Below, piece after piece: positions 25,401 through 30,776 of a stretch of 30,776 nucleotides of DNA. The notes under the pieces are model-generated. The model saw only the letters and a program-made list of their open reading frames with translations. It did no database searches and was not told where the DNA came from. The stretch comes from a virus (Duplodnaviria; Caudoviricetes). Each line of letters starts with the position of its first letter. The stretch's first letter is position 1. The stretch covers positions 1 to 30,776 of the IMG/VR virus record IMGVR_UViG_3300025018_000410. One strand, 5' to 3'. A program made the position numbers and the translations under genes.

Positions 25401-28400
25401 AGGCTGGCGATTTCATCGGCGAGGGATTGGGGCACGGTCTTCTGCTGGGCGCGGAGCTTGCGGCGGCGGGCCTGCAGCTGGCCCAGCCGGTCGTATGCCT
25501 TGGCGTCAAATTTGCCCACGGCAAACAGCGGGCCGATGATGTCGCTTACTTGGTCGCTGGCTTCCTTCCAGACGCGCGGGGTGCCGCGCGACATCATCTT
25601 GTAGCCGAGGCGCAGCCGGGTGAATTGCTGGGCCTTGTCGTCGGCAAAGGCGGGCAGCTCGGGGATGGCTCCGCGCACGCCCTGCAGGCTGCGTTTGACT
25701 AGGTCGATCTTGCGCTCGAGCCAGCCGGGCGGGTTGGTGGTGTGGCCCTCGACCTCGTCGTAAATGTGGGCGCGGTTCTTGTATTCGTCCTGCGGGGCGG
25801 GACCGGGATCTTCGTCTGGGCCGGGCAGTTCGTCGACCGTGGGGGGCTCGGTCGGCGGGGGCGGGATGAGTCCCTGCTCGCGCCATTTTTCGCGCAGGGC
25901 GGCGAGTTGCTGGCGCAGGGCGGCGGCTTGGGCGGGTGAGCCGGTGGCGGCTTCCTCGGCGTGGCGGATCTTGGCGAGCATGTCGCCCTCGGCATCCTGC
26001 CGGGCGGCGATGGCCTCGGGGCTGGCGGTCGGGGTGATGGGCAGGTCGCCCGGTCGGATGGTGAGGGGCTCCCCGGCGGCAAGCTGGGGCTGCTCCTTGC
26101 GCCAGCCGTCAAATTCGCTGTCGAGGGTGGCGCGCACTTCGGCGCGCTGGCCGAGGTAGTGGCGAAAGGCGCGGCGGCTGGCCGGGTTGCCCTCGAGTTC
26201 GCCGATGCGGCGGTTCAGTTCGCTCAGCTCGGCGTAGAGCGCGTCCTTGCGGTCTACGAGGTCGCCTGCGGGCTTTCGGGCGCTCCGGCGAGATACGGGG
26301 CGAGTTGCTCGCGCATCTCCTGCGGCCACTCGCTTTCCGGGCGCGTCAGGAGTAGCTGCCGCTTGATCGGGTCTAAGGTAATTGATCCCATCTCCGCCAT
26401 CGTGTTGATCGATGAGAGGCGCATTTGCCGCTTTGATAGCAGCGGCACCTGCGGTGTGGGCTGGGAGGTTGATTCCGACGAGTTCATGGCGGGCGGTGCT
26501 GTTTTTCTTTCCGGCGTTTTCTAGCCTGACAATGGCAAAATGGTTCAGTGAGTCAACGATGTTGCCGAGATTCCATTCGTCCTGCGGCAGTCCGTTGGTG
26601 CCGAGGCCGATCGTCTTTTCGGCGAGCTGCGGGCTGTCGATGTGCCACGCGCTGTCGGTATAAAGGACGGCGTTCCCGGCGGCGGCGCTGCGCTGCAGCA
26701 GCTCGCCGGTTTGCAGGTAAAGGCCGAGGGGCACGCGTCCGCCGTCGTATCCGCTGGTGAGGTAGTAGGGCGGGTCGGCCACGGTGAGCACGTTGTCGCC
26801 CTTGGTGGCGGCTTGGTCGTAGGCGCTGCCCTGCTTGACCTCGACGGCGATGTTGCGGCGGCGCAGCTCGGCCATGCCCTTGGCGGCATCGGCGGCATCG
26901 CGCAGGGCGATCGCCTTGATCTTGTCGACGGTGGCGTCGGCGGTCTTTTTGCCTTCCTCGTTCACGGCGCGGCCTCGGGCATTGATGGCGGCGTCGGCCA
27001 GCAGGCCGACCATGGCCTGCAGCTCCGGGTCGGTGTTGGTGGATTCCTCGAGCTTGTTGAGGCGCGCGGCCACGGCGGTGCCGCTGGTGGTGTTGTCGAG
27101 GTTGGCGATCTCGGTGACCTGCTCGAGCAGCGATTGCACGGCGGGTGATTCCATGAGCTGGGGCACGCGGTCGGCGGCGCGGTGCAGCAGGGCAATCTTG
27201 GCGGCGCGGCGGGGCTCGTATTCCCATACCTGCAGCTGCTTGGTGTTGGGGTAGTGCGTCAGGGCGAGGTATGCGCCCCAAAAACCGCCCCCGCCGAAGT
27301 AATCCACCACGGTGTCGATCTTGGCGCGTTGCTCCGGGGTGCTGGTCTGCTCGATGAGTGCGCCCACGTCGACCGCCATCTGGTATTTGCCGCCCTGAAA
27401 TGCGGGCATGATGTCGATCCACTGCTTGATGCGGGCCTCGGCCCCGCGCTTGAGGGTGGGCTCCACCAGCTTGGCGTCGAGGCGTTCGTAGGTGGGCGCG
27501 GTTTGCGGGTCGGCCCCGGCTGGCTGCTGGGTGGGCGCGGGTGCGGCTTGCTCGAGGGCACTGCCGGGGTTGATCAGCGCGTTGGCCAGTTCCTGCTGCT
27601 GGGTGGTGCGCAGCTCGCGGCGCAGCATGTCGATGCGGGCCATGAGGTCGGCCCCCCGTTGCTCGATATCCTCCTGCGGTTCGTTGCTTTCCTTGAGCGC
27701 CTCGACTTGGTCCTGCGCGGTCTGGATCTCCTGCTCGATGTCGGCACTGGTGCGTTCCTCGCGAGCAAAGCGGATATCGGGATTCTCCGGGTCAAAGCTG
27801 CCGCGGTTCTCGGTGGCGTGCTTTACCTGATTGGAGTCAAAGATGGCGTAGGATGTTGCTGCAGGTCCGCTGGAGCCGATGCCGTCGTCGACATTATTGA
27901 TAATCAAACCGTCGTGGCCAGCAGCTTTGGCCTGTGCGACAAGTTTGGTCAGGCGGGTGGCTTCACCGACGTCGCCTTCAAAGTCGACCACCAATGGGTT
28001 CTCAATCTTCAGATATGCGGGCACCACGCTGCCTGCTTCCAATTCGTTGCCATCTTCGTCTTCATAGATGCTCTCGCCATATTCTCTTGGCAGGGTATAT
28101 TCGGCGGCGAGGTCTTCTGAATCCGAGAACCACGCGGTTTCCCTTACCTCCATGGCGTGGCGGGGGCTGATGTAGTTTACTTTTTTGCGGGTCGTGCCAT
28201 GGTAAACCACGAGCGGTTGGCCCTGTTCGTCCACGACCTTGCTGTTGCCAAACCAGCGGCGGAAGGCCGGGTTGTCGGTCTGCTGGCCCTTGGCGAAATC
28301 CTGCCGGGCGGCGGATACGGGGGCTCCCAGCGGGGCATATTGCGTTTTTTGGTCCAGAAATTGGCGAAAATCGATGCTGTAGCGCTTGGTGCGGGTGAAG

Positions 28401-30775
28401 ACGGCGCGCAGCAGGTCGAGGGCTTCCTCGAGCCAAGTGCGGAATTCGTGGGCGAGCTGGCGCAGCACGCTGGGCGGGCGGGCGATGGTGCTCTCGCGGC
28501 GGCGTGCCCAGCGGTCGTTTTCCTCGGCCATGCGCTCGCTCCAGTATTCCTTCCAGTCGGTGCGGGTGCCTGCGCGCAGCTTGATCCGGCGCTGGCGCAT
28601 GGTGGCGAGCCAGCCCTTGGGGTCGGCGAGGTCGGCCTGCCAGCGGTCCTGCAGGTCGGCCTGCGTGTCGGCCTCGAGGCTGTCGAGCCACGCGTGGGCG
28701 GTCTCGTGGAGCACGTCGCGGCGGGTGCGCTCGGGCATGAGGCCGTTGCGATCGGCGCGCACGTTGTTCTGCAGAAACCAGAGGATGCGGCGCTTGGCCA
28801 GATGGGCGGCTTGCTCGGTGCCGGTCAGGGGCACGTTGGGGCCGACGACGCTGCGCAGCAGCTGCGGGTCGCCGACGAGCACGCGGTAGCGGGCCAGCAG
28901 GCCGGGGGCGATGCGGCGCAGGCGGGCTTCAAAGTCATCGAGGGTGCCGGGGTCGGCGGCTTGCGGGGTGCCGCGCGCAAACAGCGGCTGGCCGTCGAGC
29001 ACGGCGGTCTTCATCTCCGCCGGGATCTCGAGCACATGCTGTTGGGTGGTGCGGGTGCGGTTGCTGAGAATGCCCACCACCAGCCGGTCGACGGTGGCAG
29101 CGGCGCTGCGGTTGCCCAGCCTGCGCTCTTGGCGCACGGCGTTCATGTAGCTTTGGGGTCGGCCATCAATACCTTCGTCCATGGCCCCGCGTATGCGCGC
29201 GGCGCTTTCTTGGATCTGCGAGAGGCCGGGGGTGTCGCCATCGGCGTCGGCTTCGCTCACCTCGCTGTTGATGATTTCATCGAGGGCGTTGCGGTGGTCT
29301 TGGTCGGTGAGGTTTTCGCGGCTGACTCCGGCCTCGGCCTGTTGCACCTTGCTGCCGTATTTCTTGGCGAGTTCGTTGGCGATGTTGGGCAGCAGCTTGT
29401 CGTAAAAGGTGCGCATGCCCTGCCCGCCCACGCGCAGGTCGTCGCCCTTGAAGACGCCCGACTGGCCGGGCTGGGTGATTTCGTTGCGGATGCGCTCGGC
29501 CAGTTCCTTGCCGATGAAGTCGTCGAGGTCTGCCGGGGCGATGTTGCGGCCTTGGTCGGTGTTGAGGTTGATGGGCTCCCCGCCCTTGAGGGCCATCACG
29601 TCGTAGTTGCCGCTGTGCAGGCGGCGGGCGCTGATGGCGTCGACCTGCTTGCTCAGGTCGTAGCGCTCGGCCTGCTGCTGGCCGGTGGTCCACGCGATGC
29701 GGTCAAAGCCCTTTTCTGCGGCCCACCTGATCATGCGCTTGAGGGCGAGGCGCGGCCACGAGTTCTTCTTGAACGGGGCATCCGGCACGCGACCATCCAT
29801 GTGGTTGCCCAAGTCCGCGCCCGCATCGCTGGCGTCCTCGACAAAGGCGTTGATGGCCTGCTGTTCGGTCAGGGTGCCGTCGTAGTCGATCTCGACGACC
29901 GGCTCGCCACTGCCGTCGATCACGGTCCAGTTGCCTTCCTCCATGTCGTAGTCGTTGGCGATGGTGGCGTCGACGCGCACCATGCGGAAGCCATCGCTCA
30001 GCTTGGCGTTGCCGCTCTTGCCGTAGCCGTGCTTGGCTCCCTTCTGGTGCCAGTCGCTCTGGATCTCCTCGATGAAAAGCACGCGCGCGCCGTCCGGGGC
30101 GGTGCGCTCGTCAAAGCGCACATGGGCGATGATGTTGGGCCGGTCAAAGTGTTGTGACTGGAAATTGCCCCGGCCCTCTTTTTCCGCGAGGTATTGCTCG
30201 CGGATGGCGTCGCGTTCTACGAGGGGGGTGTCCTCAAAGCGTTTGCCGGTCTTTTCCAGCAGCCACCCGTCAAAGGGCAGGGTGGTTTGTTTATAGGGCA
30301 GCGTCAGGAGTAGCTCGCGGTAGTTTTCTCCGCCCGGCAGGGTGTATTGGGCAAACTTGGTTTCATGGCTATAATCGTAACGGACGCGGCTGCGGGCTTG
30401 CTGGCCCTTCTCGTTGGGCAGCACGGTCTCGGAAACCTGCACGCGGTTTTCCTGCACGAAGTCCTGCACGTCCTGCTTGGTGACGCTGGCCTTGCCCTGC
30501 AGGAATTTGTCGAGGTCGATCCACTCGGCGTATTCCTTGGTGCCCTTGGTCTTGGCGAGGTGGGCGCGCAGCTGGTCGGGCGTGCCTTTGTTCTGCCATG
30601 TGGCGAGCGATTCGAGGATGTTGTCGTGGAAGCCCAGCGGCGAGGTCTCGGTGCGGGCAAAGGCGACGTCATCCGGGCCGGTCTCGTCGCGCGGTTGGGC
30701 GACGATGCGCTCGCCGCGCACGCTGCGCAGCACGGCGTTTTGCAGGTCGTTGACTGATTCGAAGGGAAAGCCCGC
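22475..30775 (-). CDS. Giant virion/ejection polyvalent protein (>2,766 aa; N-terminus beyond the window)
   Basis: Frame stays open to the window end. Domains: EEIQSDW module (about 28980-30650), HExxH peptidase LHETAH (28694-28708), ART-PolyVal-type ADP-ribosyltransferase (27770-28280; FRRWFGNSKVVD...VVYHGT...WFS...GHDGLII...FDSNQVK), Dam-like MTase (about 26490-27410; FQGGK, DYFGGGG, DPPY), long helical C-terminus. Confidence 0.88.
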   Translation of the reverse strand, partial: AGFPFESVNDLQNAVLRSVRGERIVAQPRDETGPDDVAFARTETSPLGFHDNILESLATWQNKGTPDQLRAHLAKTKGTKEYAEWIDLDKFLQGKASVTKQDVQDFVQENRVQVSETVLPNEKGQQARSRVRYDYSHETKFAQYTLPGGENYRELLLTLPYKQTTLPFDGWLLEKTGKRFEDTPLVERDAIREQYLAEKEGRGNFQSQHFDRPNIIAHVRFDERTAPDGARVLFIEEIQSDWHQKGAKHGYGKSGNAKLSDGFRMVRVDATIANDYDMEEGNWTVIDGSGEPVVEIDYDGTLTEQQAINAFVEDASDAGADLGNHMDGRVPDAPFKKNSWPRLALKRMIRWAAEKGFDRIAWTTGQQQAERYDLSKQVDAISARRLHSGNYDVMALKGGEPINLNTDQGRNIAPADLDDFIGKELAERIRNEITQPGQSGVFKGDDLRVGGQGMRTFYDKLLPNIANELAKKYGSKVQQAEAGVSRENLTDQDHRNALDEIINSEVSEADADGDTPGLSQIQESAARIRGAMDEGIDGRPQSYMNAVRQERRLGNRSAAATVDRLVVGILSNRTRTTQQHVLEIPAEMKTAVLDGQPLFARGTPQAADPGTLDDFEARLRRIAPGLLARYRVLVGDPQLLRSVVGPNVPLTGTEQAAHLAKRRILWFLQNNVRADRNGLMPERTRRDVLHETAHAWLDSLEADTQADLQDRWQADLADPKGWLATMRQRRIKLRAGTRTDWKEYWSERMAEENDRWARRRESTIARPPSVLRQLAHEFRTWLEEALDLLRAVFTRTKRYSIDFRQFLDQKTQYAPLGAPVSAARQDFAKGQQTDNPAFRRWFGNSKVVDEQGQPLVVYHGTTRKKVNYISPRHAMEVRETAWFSDSEDLAAEYTLPREYGESIYEDEDGNELEAGSVVPAYLKIENPLVVDFEGDVGEATRLTKLVAQAKAAGHDGLIINNVDDGIGSSGPAATSYAIFDSNQVKHATENRGSFDPENPDIRFAREERTSADIEQEIQTAQDQVEALKESNEPQEDIEQRGADLMARIDMLRRELRTTQQQELANALINPGSALEQAAPAPTQQPAGADPQTAPTYERLDAKLVEPTLKRGAEARIKQWIDIMPAFQGGKYQMAVDVGALIEQTSTPEQRAKIDTVVDYFGGGGFWGAYLALTHYPNTKQLQVWEYEPRRAAKIALLHRAADRVPQLMESPAVQSLLEQVTEIANLDNTTSGTAVAARLNKLEESTNTDPELQAMVGLLADAAINARGRAVNEEGKKTADATVDKIKAIALRDAADAAKGMAELRRRNIAVEVKQGSAYDQAATKGDNVLTVADPPYYLTSGYDGGRVPLGLYLQTGELLQRSAAAGNAVLYTDSAWHIDSPQLAEKTIGLGTNGLPQDEWNLGNIVDSLNHFAIVRLENAGKKNSTARHELVGINLPAHTAGAAAIKAANAPLIDQHDGGDGINYLRPDQAAATPDAPGKRVAAGDARATRPVSRRSARKPAGDLVDRKDALYAELSELNRRIGELEGNPASRRAFRHYLGQRAEVRATLDSEFDGWRKEQPQLAAGEPLTIRPGDLPITPTASPEAIAARQDAEGDMLAKIRHAEEAATGSPAQAAALRQQLAALREKWREQGLIPPPPTEPPTVDELPGPDEDPGPAPQDEYKNRAHIYDEVEGHTTNPPGWLERKIDLVKRSLQGVRGAIPELPAFADDKAQQFTRLRLGYKMMSRGTPRVWKEASDQVSDIIGPLFAVGKFDAKAYDRLGQLQARRRKLRAQQKTVPQSLADEIASLRSQVDREPYGLFQNLALYLDLKWRAENLSDNQGNPIMLPGGVNPAEVDARLTDLKTKLAASPHRELILRALQQHQNTVAAIADDLKARDFTLPDELRNPFYFPHVVLEKDGKQLANALERVRMDTAEDFRGYLQKPVGSTRPIESDYAKAMYYHHVAVGSHNLRADVANDYWKPYDEMQDVRAAAKDLAKKYGRAVGWREAFHTQWKDRGYALFYPDDKMPLHPELTIDRDTLARHLGAALSDAPLQEQLKQLHQQGIRIRPEDIREALAAGEREVWVVPETVAEALNGILRRDSTRSENFLSAPFLAYQNGWKRNILFAPWNYFRYEYNNTMADLEKLWSADPKVYSYLSTAASEVRQFIEDGKGTDDVRAAFRLGVLDTITANEIGDLSALRQFEALQSTKQKWTRQLARRASTLFIGGNRSTLDVSRLREATFRFAKFKADMERMRAGARPVYAGAYWRDIEAIRTQPPAHVTRLQAEIRRLEQSIADRERMRYRLHGAPRQQVETAAQADRELLAKAKTELEQAQAGATEQQQLQAAAEISLATFGDYHNISVAGNELRRYLVPFYSWIEINFRYHANLLRNLHDMVAAKEVSQAEAAKSVGKAATTFATRAATGVLLRLAIPYLVTALWNGTGWRRELEDTLSEEDKRRFHIIIGVDDQGKTKVIYAQTALGDIGRWFSGQEGARLALDVARGRTTVGTATQEFLRRFPRDFVNNLWKVGPVPRAFVAAAFKQSTFPDITDTRTIPASEVKWAVLQQMTDDKVAEIIRRATDKDYLSGRDLGDWASQIILQVRRRDPEQWSYYGIREKADDFIHQKTGQSRDMSYDAPDQQVLRNFRRSIYRGDVPNAIRFYNRLLDLGYTAERFQSSIRAQDPLSGLAKKNDLRREFVESLSPVERKQLQQAYRYYYRMSELRGAERALFPGANRTEASRARYQPRNERLEQEITQRDRLTDDEINQRADRELRRSLR
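26254..26487 (-). CDS. Candidate nested (overprinted) 77-aa gene inside the giant gene
   Basis: GC3 is about 78% in this frame versus about 51% in the host frame (hand count); upstream TTGACT-16-CATTGT promoter-like motif; start context identical to the gene at 3195. Confidence 0.5.
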   Translation of the reverse strand: MNSSESTSQPTPQVPLLSKRQMRLSSINTMAEMGSITLDPIKRQLLLTRPESEWPQEMREQLAPYLAGAPESPQATS

Positions 30776-30776
30776 C

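Larger units (their letters stand above)
1..30776 (-). mobile_element. Temperate tailed phage genome segment (podovirus-like), apparently excised/circular form
   Basis: Terminase, portal, scaffold, major capsid, tail fibre, integrase, repressor and replication genes; no host housekeeping genes; attP flanked by phage genes on both sides; no tape measure or sheath gene seen in this window. Confidence 0.95.

Noticed and set aside
22679-25702. 1007-aa plus-strand ORF and other long plus-strand ORFs (28157-30157, 3297-4277, 6624-7724)
   Set aside because: Antisense shadows of high-GC3 minus-strand genes, with no motifs.

Overview
The whole window is a high-GC temperate, probably podovirus-like phage, transcribed almost entirely on the minus strand. 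It appears to be in its excised or circular form, because an intact attP (tRNA-His-like 3' core plus arm repeats) has phage genes on both sides. From right to left it holds: (1) a >2,766-aa virion/ejection 'polyvalent' protein with metallopeptidase, ADP-ribosyltransferase and Dam-like methyltransferase domains, truncated by the window end; (2) attP and a tyrosine integrase; (3) a CI-like repressor and the divergent early operon (Xis-like HTH, YfdP/YfdQ, beta-helix protein, HD hydrolase, ASCH, HNH, SSB, replication initiator); (4) TerS, TerL, portal, scaffold, N4-gp56-type capsid, tail fibre and a u-spanin-like lipoprotein. The most striking element is an array of four integron attC-like sites (12536-14500) inside the early operon, with no integron integrase in the window. 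The R'/R'' cores pair cassette-by-cassette, as expected for real cassettes. All cassette genes run antisense to the attC sites, and translation is threaded through the attC hairpins by ATGA-coupled mini-ORFs and by a gene that starts inside one attC loop and ends inside the next. All family assignments come from motif recognition by eye; no database searches were run.
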